A stretch of 64,000 bases of DNA from Candidatus Latescibacterota bacterium (GCA_965219455.1 OZ244744.1:5760001-5824000), one strand, 5' to 3'; shown: positions 29,039 to 38,727, numbered from the stretch's first letter. The notes: generated by a model from the sequence alone, not told the origin. Made by a program: numbers and translations.

Positions 29039-29830
29039 CTACATCGCCACGATCTTCTTCATTCGCCTTGCCGTCTCGATCTGCGCCTCGCGGCTGCCTG
29101 AAACCTCGTGGACTACCGGAGAACGATATCCAATGGCGCGCAGTTCGGCCATCACCGCGGGCCAATCGGTATCGCCGTCCATGAGATCCACAAAACGGTG
29201 TTCACTTCGTCTGAAATCCTTGAAATGCACCCGTACTATGCGTTCGCCAAGGCCTCGGATCCAGTGCTCAGGAAAGCCGTACGCCATCATATTCGCGGTG
29301 TCGAGATAGGTCCCCACCCGCGGGCTTGCAACGGCATCGACAAACGCGGCCATCTCCGGAGGACTCAACAGGAACTTGTTCCATACGTTCTCGATACCCA
29401 CTGAGACCCCCTTTTCTTCGGCCACCGGCGCCACGTCCCTGATTGCGCCCAACATCCCGTCCCACGCCAGTTGATAAGTGCCTTCGGCCGTGAGTTGCCC
29501 AGGATGTAGCAGCACCGCGTCGATTCCCAGAACGTGTGCGATTTCAATAGACCGCACGAGACACCTGACGCCCTGTTCACGATCGCTCATATTCAAGCTC
29601 AGGAAATTCCCGCGATCGGCATATTGCGCGATCGAACTGCCGATCTCCAGGCCAACGGCATCGCACTTTCTACGTACCGCCCGGATCTCATCGTCACTCA
29701 TATCCACGTCGGGGTCCCCGCCCTCGCCAAATACCAGTTCCAGAGACTCGTAACCGGCGACGCCGCACAATTCCAGCGTTTCGTCCAGCGAAAGCCGACC
29801 CAGGATAATCTGTGTCACGCCAATTTTCAT
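29039..29830 (-). CDS. Sugar phosphate isomerase/epimerase (xylose-isomerase-like TIM barrel)
   Basis: GIENVWNKFLLSP, YLDTAN, VHFKDF, GDTDW, VHE. Confidence 0.9.
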   Translation of the reverse strand: MKIGVTQIILGRLSLDETLELCGVAGYESLELVFGEGGDPDVDMSDDEIRAVRRKCDAVGLEIGSSIAQYADRGNFLSLNMSDREQGVRCLVRSIEIAHVLGIDAVLLHPGQLTAEGTYQLAWDGMLGAIRDVAPVAEEKGVSVGIENVWNKFLLSPPEMAAFVDAVASPRVGTYLDTANMMAYGFPEHWIRGLGERIVRVHFKDFRRSEHRFVDLMDGDTDWPAVMAELRAIGYRSPVVHEVSGSREAQIETARRMKKIVAM

Positions 29831-29913
29831 AAACCTCTCCTCGTGTTAACCTGCCCGCGATTCCGGTCTCTGTACGACGCGGTTCCCGGGCAGTTGCGAC
29901 CCCGGCATTCCAC

Positions 29914-31104
29914 CTATCCGCGTTGCGCTTTCCACGAAATCAGAGCATTCGCAATTGTCTCCGTCATTTCTCTCACGTCGGCGCAGTGGGACTCGATACT
30001 ATCGGGAACGGCCTGCAGAAACGTCCGGATCGTACCCGCGTGCTCGCTCACGTACCGGTCTCCATAGACGTTGAGTTCCGGCTCTCTGGGATCGATCAAT
30101 ACACGCCGATTCTCCAGCGGCTGAACGTGGTAATTCTCCATGATCGCCGCCTCGACGACGGCGCCCTTCGCCCGCAAATGTTGCGGCATGGAATCTTTGT
30201 CGTGCATTCCGATGCTCCGGGTGAATCCCTCACGGGTAAAGTGGGCATGCACCTCGATCGAGGCATCCGGTCGGGTGTCCAGCAGATATTTCCAGAGCGC
30301 CTCGGTTTCCATCGGCGCACCCTTGCCTTCAACGAGGTTGTTGATTCCGAACTTGGGCACCTCGCCGACCGCGTTGGTAACGCTGTGGCCCACGAAGACA
30401 CCATCCGGATTCAGCATCGGCATCAGACAGAACTGAACCTTATCCAGAAGCCGCTGTGCTCGTGCCGTGGGGATGGTCAACCAGTGGGCGACGTGCATAA
30501 TGCCCCACGAAACCGGCTCACAGGACTGCATGGTAGCATCCACCAGCAGTTTCAGTTCGCGCGGCGGCGACTCCAGTACTGGAAGCGGTCGCCCATGGGC
30601 GGATGTCCCGATCTCTCGACAGGTCCAGACATCGGAATATTCGGCCAGTCGCTTAGCTTTCTCGAGCACTGTATCGGGCGCCTCATAGGGCGCCGAGGCG
30701 ATACGGACGGCTTCGCCGGGGTGGACATCCACGGAAGTGTCCATATATTCATGCTCGTGATAGTCCGTATCTTCCCGCGGCATCCATGCCCAACCCGTAT
30801 CTTGTCGCCAGACCCACCAGGGCGGATACAAATAGTTCGACCCCTTTCTGCTCAACAGAAATCGGAGTTTCACCCTGCGCGCGGCATCGCCCGAATTGCG
30901 TACACGCACATGGGCCATGTATTCTTTCGGAACGCCGGCCCCGGCAAATAGTTCATCGAGCAGATCCTGAAACCACCGGGGAATCTCCTCGGGCTGGTAG
31001 CCGATCTCATAGAGGCCGCAGGGCGTGATGCGCATCTCTCCCGCGCTGCTGCATGGAAACTCGTCGTCGATCTGAATCCCGGCATCCGTATCAACCAGTC
31101 TCAT
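29914..31104 (-). CDS. M14 zinc-carboxypeptidase-like protein, atypical metal site
   Basis: IGTSAHGRPL, MPMLNPDGV, IEVHAH; the HxxE position reads QSCE. Confidence 0.7.
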   Translation of the reverse strand: MRLVDTDAGIQIDDEFPCSSAGEMRITPCGLYEIGYQPEEIPRWFQDLLDELFAGAGVPKEYMAHVRVRNSGDAARRVKLRFLLSRKGSNYLYPPWWVWRQDTGWAWMPREDTDYHEHEYMDTSVDVHPGEAVRIASAPYEAPDTVLEKAKRLAEYSDVWTCREIGTSAHGRPLPVLESPPRELKLLVDATMQSCEPVSWGIMHVAHWLTIPTARAQRLLDKVQFCLMPMLNPDGVFVGHSVTNAVGEVPKFGINNLVEGKGAPMETEALWKYLLDTRPDASIEVHAHFTREGFTRSIGMHDKDSMPQHLRAKGAVVEAAIMENYHVQPLENRRVLIDPREPELNVYGDRYVSEHAGTIRTFLQAVPDSIESHCADVREMTETIANALISWKAQRG

Positions 31105-31120
31105 CGATCACTCCTCCTCT

Positions 31121-31169
31121 TGGTGTCCCGTCCCGAAAATAGGTTGCCTATTTCCGGGACAGAACACTA
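31121..31169. mobile_element. MITE-like element, copy 3 (ends only, 49-bp palindrome)
   Basis: TGGTGTCCCGTCCCGAAAATAGG-TTG-CCTATTTCCGGGACAGAACACTA; 19/23 Watson-Crick pairs; its end overlaps the TAG stop of the comA-like gene. Confidence 0.72.
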
Positions 31170-31949
31170 GGCGCTGCCCGCATTGACGCCCAGTTCCCGG
31201 CGATATGCTTCCAGCGTCATCAGATCATCCGGCAGCACGTTGCCCAGATTCACCTCCGAACCGTACCGGTCGACAAGGATCCGCCGCATCTGGTGAATGT
31301 GGTGCGGGTTGACCCCCGAGATCCATGGCCCCGGCAATTCGAACATAACGTTCTCCAGGCCGGCGACCTTCACGGCCTGCTCGACCTGGCGCGCCTTGTC
31401 GGCATCATTGTCAACAAGTTCGGCCGCTTCCAGCAGAACGATGCGGGATCCTGCGTCCAGACACGCCTTCACGTCATCCGCCAGGGGTATGCTCACGTCC
31501 AAGCCCTCCTTCTGCCCGACCTCCCCCAACACCTTAAGCCCATGTACGTCTACTGCCTGCCGGATCATTTTCAGCTTCCATTCGTGTGTAACCACCGCCA
31601 GGTTGTCCGACACCTCGACCCAGCGATAGCCAGCGGAAACCACGGCAGGCAAGTACAGGGCGGCCTTGCTTTGCACCTCAGCGTATTCCAGGTATTGCCC
31701 GCCTGGAAACGGTTCGATATTGTGGTCCAGATAACGCTTGATTTTCGCTGTCAGCACATCGTTGGTCAGTAGCCTCGAAATGCCGACGGCCACCTTCGCG
31801 AAGTCAAAAAAAGGGGCCGCGGCCTCAATCAGATCAGACTGTGCCCCCGACCCGAGACCCCAGTCCACCACCATGGTCAACCCCAGATCACGAGGTTTTC
31901 CCGACCGATACCGGCCGTCCAACCCGCCAAAGATATGATCGCTGTACAA
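31167..31949 (-). CDS. comA: Phosphosulfolactate synthase (ComA)-family protein, divergent
   Basis: KPRDLGLTMVVDWG, PGGQYLE, VEVSDN, GEVGQK, VMFELP, VNLGNV, LEAYR; TTG start 31949 with AGGAGG RBS. Confidence 0.8.
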   Translation of the reverse strand: MYSDHIFGGLDGRYRSGKPRDLGLTMVVDWGLGSGAQSDLIEAAAPFFDFAKVAVGISRLLTNDVLTAKIKRYLDHNIEPFPGGQYLEYAEVQSKAALYLPAVVSAGYRWVEVSDNLAVVTHEWKLKMIRQAVDVHGLKVLGEVGQKEGLDVSIPLADDVKACLDAGSRIVLLEAAELVDNDADKARQVEQAVKVAGLENVMFELPGPWISGVNPHHIHQMRRILVDRYGSEVNLGNVLPDDLMTLEAYRRELGVNAGSA

Positions 31950-32054
31950 AATGCATACCCTCCTCAGACAAGCACGGATCCGGTCACACCGACGCCAGGC
32001 CCCGCACTCCCGAACCAACGAGCGAACCGCAGGAACCCGGAGCGCGGCCGGCGA

Positions 32055-34454
32055 TCAGTCACAATCCTTCCGATAGACCGCGTCCGGGCCGTACCGCCGC
32101 TCGAATACCGCTTTGGAACGTCCGGTCAAATTTCCGCACGTGAAGGCGCCATCCCGAACGGCGTCGTATCCGGGAACGGCGCCCGCATAGATATCCTCTA
32201 CGCCATTGTAAGAGATCCTGATTCCGGACGCGCGCCCAGACCCATCGTCGACCCGTTCGACGACCACGTCCGGCACGACTCCCGTAAATGGATACAAAAC
32301 GGAATAAAACTCCGCGTGCCCGCCCCCGGACGCAATCCGTTTCGGCAGTCGGAAATACGGAATATAGATCCAGCCCGGCGCCCCTCTTGGCGGATACCCC
32401 TGACCTGTCCACGCCTGTTTCCGGAAACCGCCGCAGAGGCCCTGGTGAATTGGCAGAGGCACGGATCCGATATCTTCGGAGAGCCACAACAGGCGTTGAT
32501 TTCCGTTGCCGTTTCGGAAACACACCATGCCGGCCGCCTGCGACTCGACGTCGCCGTAGACGTGCAACAGCCAGTCCAGGTCGAATCCTTCGGACTCGGC
32601 AACCAGCGCGTCGTGTATCAGAAAATACCCTCCCCGGGGGTGAACAATTGTACGGCGGTGTACCAGGCCCGGGTAGCCTTCGCATTGATACGCACAGACC
32701 ATATCCATGTCATTGTCGGTGTGCCAAAACACCAGTTTGCCTGTGCATTCTTCCTGACTCACGTTATTCGCCAGCACGGTATTGTGTGATATGGTCTGCT
32801 TGTGCCAGGTGTACTGTTCCTGAAAAATGCAGTAATGAGGCGAATTCCCCGCGTCCGGAATCCAGTGATGTCCGTTGGCGAACATGATGAAGCCAAGCTT
32901 GTCCGGGTGCCCATGTCCGCCCCCGTGCGGACCAAAGTCGAAAATAAGGTACGCGTCCTCTGCCGACCACCCATCCCGCATCACCGCCAACCCGGAATCC
33001 GGCAACAGCACCGAGGTATAGGGAGGATTCTCCTGCCGGACCGGCCTGAGTTCCAACCCGTGCATGGAGGGCACCTCCCCTGAATCCATCGCCATCCGCA
33101 TCAGGTCCCCACGCCCGATCAGGTAAAGCGGAACCCGGAGTTCCGGCCAGTCCGTCAGCAGATGGGCGTCGTTCCCGTTGGAATCGTTAATGGAGGGGAT
33201 TTCCCCGAACGGCGTCATTGTCTTGCACAGGGCCTCCAGCACGAACTCCAGCGATTTACCGTTATACGCTTTCGACCACACCGGATCTCCCATCAGATAC
33301 TTGCCCAGCGCGTACCTGCACATTCCCCTGATCATATAAACCGAATGCGAAGGCGAACATTCCCACCAGTATCCGTCGTCCAGGAAGGGCTCGAAACAGG
33401 ATCCGTACAGTTCATCGGCCAGCTTCACCCAACGGCCCACCTCCGGAAAATCTTCCAGATAGTGTGCCAGAAAGACCATCTCGGCCAACGAACACGCCGC
33501 CCAGTTCTCCCGCGCCTCGAACCGGTCCCGCATGGCCAGGTATTGGAACTCGCCGAGGTCCACCAGAAAAAAGAGAAACCGCAACCGGTCCGAAAGCGTA
33601 AGATGCGGCGACGAAGCAAGCACGTCGTACGCTTCTATCGTTTCCCTCAGGTTATACGCCGGATCCTGGAAGGTTACCGCTTTCCAGTTAATTCCTACAA
33701 ATCGAAACGACTGGTATCGATCGTAATGCGCCAGATTTGCCAGCAATACATCCCGCGCCTTCAACGCGTACTGCTGGTCACCGGTTGTCGCAAAAGCGTC
33801 CGCGCACCCCTGCAGGACAGCGCGTCTGGCATGATCCTTTTCGTTTATCACCCTCCCGGTCTGTTGCCCGTTGTAAAGACTTTTCGGAATCGGCTCCCAT
33901 GTGGGGACCTCGGCATTCAACAGGGAAGGGTCCGGCATCTCATCGCCACGCCCGGGCCGGCCGTCCGGGATCGCCACGAGCCTCGCCGTATCTCGCTGCA
34001 GAAATAATTGGATATAAGACGGTAACCGATTTGTCGCGTAAACCTCCACCCCGTTCAGAGCGACAACCTCGCCGGCGTCAGCCTCTCTTCCGTGCAGGTC
34101 CTGGCTCACCGGACGCAGAATCCGGACCCTCAGCCCCTCTGCCCGGACATCGTCGGACAGATGTAGTTTCACCCTGGGTCCGAGTACGACGTTGTTTCGG
34201 ATCGATTCCTGCGTACGCCACGTGCCGGACACGCGAACTTCAACATCGTAATCGGCGGGCATCGCCTTCCATCGAAGTACCAGCACATCGCAAGAAACAG
34301 GATCATCAAACAAAACCTCGACCTCGCACGCTCCCGACACCGACGGCCATTGTACCGCGGTTTCGATGTTGCCGTCCCTGAGGATCGAGACCTCGGGTGC
34401 AGTGGCCCCTCTAAGCGTCACCCGTCCCCTGTTCAACAGGTTCCTGTTCCGCAT
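32055..34454 (-). CDS. Heparinase II/III-family polysaccharide lyase (alpha-toroid + beta-sandwich) with N-terminal discoidin-like domain
   Basis: ENWAA, DDGYWWECSPSH, PSINDS, DSGLAVMR, DFGPHGGGHGHPDKL, TISHNTV; no obvious signal peptide. Confidence 0.82.
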   Translation of the reverse strand: MRNRNLLNRGRVTLRGATAPEVSILRDGNIETAVQWPSVSGACEVEVLFDDPVSCDVLVLRWKAMPADYDVEVRVSGTWRTQESIRNNVVLGPRVKLHLSDDVRAEGLRVRILRPVSQDLHGREADAGEVVALNGVEVYATNRLPSYIQLFLQRDTARLVAIPDGRPGRGDEMPDPSLLNAEVPTWEPIPKSLYNGQQTGRVINEKDHARRAVLQGCADAFATTGDQQYALKARDVLLANLAHYDRYQSFRFVGINWKAVTFQDPAYNLRETIEAYDVLASSPHLTLSDRLRFLFFLVDLGEFQYLAMRDRFEARENWAACSLAEMVFLAHYLEDFPEVGRWVKLADELYGSCFEPFLDDGYWWECSPSHSVYMIRGMCRYALGKYLMGDPVWSKAYNGKSLEFVLEALCKTMTPFGEIPSINDSNGNDAHLLTDWPELRVPLYLIGRGDLMRMAMDSGEVPSMHGLELRPVRQENPPYTSVLLPDSGLAVMRDGWSAEDAYLIFDFGPHGGGHGHPDKLGFIMFANGHHWIPDAGNSPHYCIFQEQYTWHKQTISHNTVLANNVSQEECTGKLVFWHTDNDMDMVCAYQCEGYPGLVHRRTIVHPRGGYFLIHDALVAESEGFDLDWLLHVYGDVESQAAGMVCFRNGNGNQRLLWLSEDIGSVPLPIHQGLCGGFRKQAWTGQGYPPRGAPGWIYIPYFRLPKRIASGGGHAEFYSVLYPFTGVVPDVVVERVDDGSGRASGIRISYNGVEDIYAGAVPGYDAVRDGAFTCGNLTGRSKAVFERRYGPDAVYRKDCD

Positions 34455-34646
34455 ATGCTGGCATTACTCCAATATTGAACGATCCCACCGGATCCTGGCG
34501 TCGACTTGAAGTGGCCCGAACCCAGGCGGAGCCCCGCACGTTGCGATCTCGCAGGATTGGGGAAATCGGACTCGGCGTTCAGCAGCGCGAAATTGACGGC
34601 ACGAACGGCGTGTATGACCGGATGGTGGCAACTGAATAACCCTGAA

Positions 34647-34704
34647 TTCAGCCAGAAACAGACCTCCGGAACGAAGATTCCGGGGTTCTGTTTTGTCGGT
34701 TGAA
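34647..34704. repeat. Long imperfect intergenic inverted repeat
   Basis: TTCAGCC-AGAAACAGA-CCTCCGGAA / TTCCGGGG-TTCTGTTTT-GTC-GGTTGAA. Confidence 0.6.
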
Positions 34705-34789
34705 ATGACGTCGCTCAACCCGAAACGGTCCACAAGATAAACGGGCAAACAGGCCGAAACAAACACTTTTCCCACGCCCGCTGCACAAC

Positions 34790-34816
34790 AAAAATACCGA
34801 CCGTCCGCTGTCGGCA
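34790..34816 (-). terminator. Probable intrinsic terminator after cobO
   Basis: Minus strand TGCCGAC-loop-GTCGGTA followed by TTTTT. Confidence 0.55.
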
Positions 34817-34910
34817 GGAATTTCCATCAATCCACGGGCTCTTGTTGGCATCACCTCAGGGGCGCCGGATAGCATGGTTGTCTCCACCCCGACGCTCATG
34901 CGGCGGCCCG

Positions 34911-35522
34911 TTAAAACTCAACCCCCTTCCTGGCGGGAATTCCCTGCGCATAATAGTGCTTAACTTTTCGCATTTCCGTCACCAGATCCACGCGTTTGAC
35001 CAGGGCGTCCCAGACCTTGTGTCCTGAAAGCGCCAGTTCGCACCGGCGTCCCGCGTCGTACAGATCCAGCAACGCCATCACGTCCGCTCGTTTCAGCAGA
35101 CCATAGGCAACCGCCGCCAGGAGCTCATCCAGAATCAGCAGATCCTGGGTTCCCTCCCGTACCAGCAGCCGGGCGAGTTCCAGCCCGCGCCGTGCCTCCT
35201 CAATGTCCTGAGGCTCCGCTCCAAATCGAAACGACCCATCCTGCATCATGCGTTCACGTCCCGTCGGATGCAGCTCGATTCCTTCCAGTTTCCTCAAGAC
35301 GTGGCGCTCGGAGTAATGCTCGGTTTCTCCGTCGTACCCCTTGTCGAACTGCACCAGGGCCACCTGTCCTCCGGCTCCCAGGACCCGGATTGCCAGCCCC
35401 ACACAGCACGTCGTCTTTCCCTTTCCGTACCCGTAATAGACGTGGACCTGGTGATACTTCTCCTCACTTCCCGCCGGCGGGATGACGCGAGGGCCGGCAG
35501 CCGCCCGCTTGCGATCCGTCAT
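34911..35522 (-). CDS. cobO: Cob(I)alamin adenosyltransferase, CobO/BtuR type
   Basis: VYYGYGKGKTT, VQFDKG, LLILDE, DLVTEMRKVKHYY..GIPARKGVEF. Confidence 0.9.
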   Translation of the reverse strand: MTDRKRAAAGPRVIPPAGSEEKYHQVHVYYGYGKGKTTCCVGLAIRVLGAGGQVALVQFDKGYDGETEHYSERHVLRKLEGIELHPTGRERMMQDGSFRFGAEPQDIEEARRGLELARLLVREGTQDLLILDELLAAVAYGLLKRADVMALLDLYDAGRRCELALSGHKVWDALVKRVDLVTEMRKVKHYYAQGIPARKGVEF

Positions 35523-35618
35523 TCGAGCGTCTCCTTACCTTTTGATGTGCCACACGAATTCATCTTTTTCAAATACAAACAGGTGGCGAAGTCGAATATT
35601 TTCAATTATCTTTTACAC

Positions 35619-36548
35619 ATGGATCCCAGCAACAATCCACCGGCACCAATTCCGTCTGCATTCTCTGGTACGTCACTCAACGAGGCATTCGCCTATTGCG
35701 AAGCCCTGACGCGAAACCACTACGAAAACTTCCCGGTGGGTTCTTATCTGATTCCGGCCAAGATACGTCCTCACGTGTACAGTATATATGCCTTTGCTCG
35801 TACCGCCGACGACCTGGCCGATGAACCCGGCCTGGCTGCCGATGAACGCACCGAACGACTGGACGATTGGGAGGAAAAACTCGCCTCCTGCCTGGCAGCG
35901 CCCGATGGTCCCATTCTGACTGCCCTGGCCGAAACGATCCGGTCACGACAGATTCCTCGCCAATATCTACACGACCTGCTCCATGCATTTAAAATGGATG
36001 TGGTTACGCACAGGCACGCGACATTCAACCATTTGCTGGCTTACTGCCGGTACTCCGCAGCGCCGGTGGGCCGCCTTATTCTGCATCTCTTCTCCTACAC
36101 AGACGAGCGCCGACGATATCTTTCCGATCTGATTTGTACGGCACTTCAACTGGCCAACTTCTGGCAGGACGTCGCAATCGACTATTCACGGGGTCGCATC
36201 TACCTCCCCCAGACCGACATGGCCCGTTTCGGCGTGACGGAAAACGATCTGGCGGAAAGTCGGCTTACAGACGGCTTCAGGGCATTGTTGGCCTGCGAAA
36301 TCGACCGCACCAGAGTTCTATTCCTTAAGGGGTCCGAACTGCCGGATCTGGTGTCGGGCCGACTCAAATACGAACTCCGGCTGACCTGGCTGGGCGGGTT
36401 GCGAATCCTCGACAAGATCTGTGCCGAAGGATACGATATATTCCGTTGTCGCCCGAAGGTCGAAAAAAGAGATATTTTCGGCCTGCTCTTCCGTGCCCTC
36501 TTCTGGGATCCGCGTCGGAGTGACGATTCCCGGCTTCTTCCTTTATGA
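35619..36548 (+). CDS. hpnC: Squalene synthase HpnC (hydroxysqualene synthase)
   Basis: HYENFPVGS, YAFARTADDLADE, YCRYSAAPVGRL, ALQLANFWQDV. Confidence 0.92.
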   Translation: MDPSNNPPAPIPSAFSGTSLNEAFAYCEALTRNHYENFPVGSYLIPAKIRPHVYSIYAFARTADDLADEPGLAADERTERLDDWEEKLASCLAAPDGPILTALAETIRSRQIPRQYLHDLLHAFKMDVVTHRHATFNHLLAYCRYSAAPVGRLILHLFSYTDERRRYLSDLICTALQLANFWQDVAIDYSRGRIYLPQTDMARFGVTENDLAESRLTDGFRALLACEIDRTRVLFLKGSELPDLVSGRLKYELRLTWLGGLRILDKICAEGYDIFRCRPKVEKRDIFGLLFRALFWDPRRSDDSRLLPL

Positions 36549-37405
36549 ACATCAAATACTACACAGCGGCGCTCGTGCGCAAAGCGCGCAGCAATTTTTA
36601 TTACGCTTTCGTTTTTCTGCCCAGAACCAAGCGAGACGCCATCTTCGCCACGTACGCCTTCAGCCGTCACACCGATGACCTGGTTGACGACGCGGATTCA
36701 CGGGAAACTGCCGCCCGAAACCTCTCGAACTGGCGCACCGAAACCCACGCGTGTTTCGACGGCAGGCCGCAGCACCCGATTACGGCAAACCTTCACAAAA
36801 CGCTGAAGCACTTCAAAATCCCCAAAGAACACTTTCTAAAGCTGATTGACGGCGTGGAAATGGACCTTGTCAAGAATCGCTACCAGACCTTCGGCGATCT
36901 ATACGAATATTGTTACCGTGTCGCCTCCATCGTCGGTCTCATATGCATCGAAATCTTCGGATACACCAAACGGGCATCTCAGGATTACGCCGTCAACCTA
37001 GGGATTGCCCTCCAACTTACCAACATCCTTCGCGACATCAAAAACGACGCATCGAGAGATCGCATCTATCTGCCGCTGGAAGATCTGAAACGCTTCAATT
37101 ACCCGGAAAAAGACCTTTTCGCAGGGATCTCCACGTCCCGATTCCGCAACCTGATGCAATTCCAATGCCGAAGGGCACGGAGCTACTACAAAAAAGCGGC
37201 GCAATCCCTACCGGAAGAGGATCGCCAGAGCCTCTTTCCAGCAGAAATCATGGGTTGCATCTACAGCCGCCTTCTCAGCCGTATCGAAGCGGTCAACTAC
37301 AACGTTTATCATCATCCGATTCGCGTGAACAATCTGAACAAGCTGGGCATCGCACTGGAACTCTGCCTTCGCAGCCGGGTGGGAACGCGAGAGAAGTCGC
37401 CGTGA
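36545..37405 (+). CDS. hpnD: Presqualene diphosphate synthase HpnD
   Basis: SNFYYAF, DDLVDD, YCYRVASIVG, ALQLTNILRDI; ATGA overlap with hpnC. Confidence 0.9.
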   Translation: MNIKYYTAALVRKARSNFYYAFVFLPRTKRDAIFATYAFSRHTDDLVDDADSRETAARNLSNWRTETHACFDGRPQHPITANLHKTLKHFKIPKEHFLKLIDGVEMDLVKNRYQTFGDLYEYCYRVASIVGLICIEIFGYTKRASQDYAVNLGIALQLTNILRDIKNDASRDRIYLPLEDLKRFNYPEKDLFAGISTSRFRNLMQFQCRRARSYYKKAAQSLPEEDRQSLFPAEIMGCIYSRLLSRIEAVNYNVYHHPIRVNNLNKLGIALELCLRSRVGTREKSP

Positions 37406-38727
37406 GGCACGTGATTATAATCGGCGGCGGATTTGCCGGTCTCGCCGCAGGTGTTCGCCTTGCTGAAAGCGGTAACTGCGTCGTCAGCCTGTTTGAGCGC
37501 AGGAAACATCTGGGTGGCCGGGCGTATTCGTTTACCGATCGCGCAACGGGCGATACCGTGGACAACGGCCAGCACCTTTTTATGAAATGCTACCTCAAAA
37601 CCCGGGAGTTCCTGGAAACCATCGGCACCGGGGACCGCCTGCGTTTTCAGGGACAATTCCGGCTGGATTTTATTCATCCCGACCTGGGGCGCACCGCCCT
37701 CACGTTTCCCCGGCTTCTACCGCCTCCCCTCAATCTGTTGGCTGGCTTTATGCGTTACAGGCCGGTCGACGTGGGGGACGTCGTTCGGCTGCATCGCGTC
37801 AGAACGGCACTCAAGGCGCCCACGCCACCCGGCCTCACCGTGAACGACTGGCTGGAGGAATGCAAGCAATCTCCATCCATCCGGCAAGCGTTCTGGGATC
37901 CGCTCTGCATCTCCGCACTGAATCAACAACCGCATGCTGCCCCGGCCGCACAACTGAAAGCCGTCCTGAACCAGGCGTTCTTCTGGCGCTCCGATTCGAC
38001 CGTGATGGGCTATGCCGGTGTTGGGCTCAGCGCGATGTATACCGGGGCGGCAAGTACTTTCATCCAGCGGCACGGCGGCATTTGCCACGTCGGCGACGCT
38101 GCCGGAGAACTGCACGTTACCCATAACGACAAAATACGGATCCGGTTGAGATCGGGCACAGTTGTGGCGGCGGATGCCGCCATCTGCGCGATAACGCCAC
38201 CCGCGCTGTCCCGCCTGCTGCCAAGAGGCTTCGAAGACCTCAAAGCACGCTTGAAGACCTTCTATCCTTCCCCTATCCTTTCGGTCAACCTCTGGTTCAA
38301 GAGGCCCATTCTCAACAGGCCCTTCGTGGGCCTCCTCAAGGGCCATATGGACTGGGTATTCAACAAACCGATGCTCTACGACGGTCGTGACAGAGCGTCA
38401 CCCGGGCACGTAACCCTGGTTGCAAGCGCCGCCGACCGTCTGGTGGACCAGCCGGATGAAAGGCTCGTGGAAATCGCGCTGAGGGACCTGCATACGTTTC
38501 TGCCTGAAACCAGAATAATCCCTCTGGAACACCACCTGGTTGTGCGGGAGCGGCAAGCAACATTCGCTCTTCCTCGCGGCCATTCACCCCCACCCAATCG
38601 CACGGCCGCGCCCAGCGTCTTCATTGCGGGGGACTGGACCGACACCGGTCTACCGGCCACGGTCGAAAGCGCCGTGGAAAGCGGCTATCGGGCAGCTGCG
38701 CTTGCGCTCGAATACCTGAATGCATAG
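37402..38727 (+). CDS. hpnE: Hydroxysqualene dehydroxylase HpnE (FAD-dependent)
   Basis: GTG start overlapping the hpnD stop; IIGGGFAGLAA, LGGRAYSF, VDNGQH, AGDWTDTGLPATVESAVESG. Confidence 0.92.
   Translation: MRHVIIIGGGFAGLAAGVRLAESGNCVVSLFERRKHLGGRAYSFTDRATGDTVDNGQHLFMKCYLKTREFLETIGTGDRLRFQGQFRLDFIHPDLGRTALTFPRLLPPPLNLLAGFMRYRPVDVGDVVRLHRVRTALKAPTPPGLTVNDWLEECKQSPSIRQAFWDPLCISALNQQPHAAPAAQLKAVLNQAFFWRSDSTVMGYAGVGLSAMYTGAASTFIQRHGGICHVGDAAGELHVTHNDKIRIRLRSGTVVAADAAICAITPPALSRLLPRGFEDLKARLKTFYPSPILSVNLWFKRPILNRPFVGLLKGHMDWVFNKPMLYDGRDRASPGHVTLVASAADRLVDQPDERLVEIALRDLHTFLPETRIIPLEHHLVVRERQATFALPRGHSPPPNRTAAPSVFIAGDWTDTGLPATVESAVESGYRAAALALEYLNA

Noticed and set aside
7584-34677. 13-mer TCCGGAACGAAGA shared by two intergenic regions
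   Set aside because: Several chance 13-mer matches are expected in 64 kb, and the flanks do not align.
34455-35618. Possible cobalamin riboswitch near cobO
   Set aside because: No B12-box or GGGAA...GCCACTG consensus was seen on either strand.
36910-37401. Apparent N-terminal extensions of HpnE (605-aa ORF), HpnC (426-aa ORF) and GT2 (565-aa ORF)
   Set aside because: The HpnE and HpnC extensions overlap neighbouring genes and the GT2 extension precedes a clear RBS-supported start; they are not real fusions.
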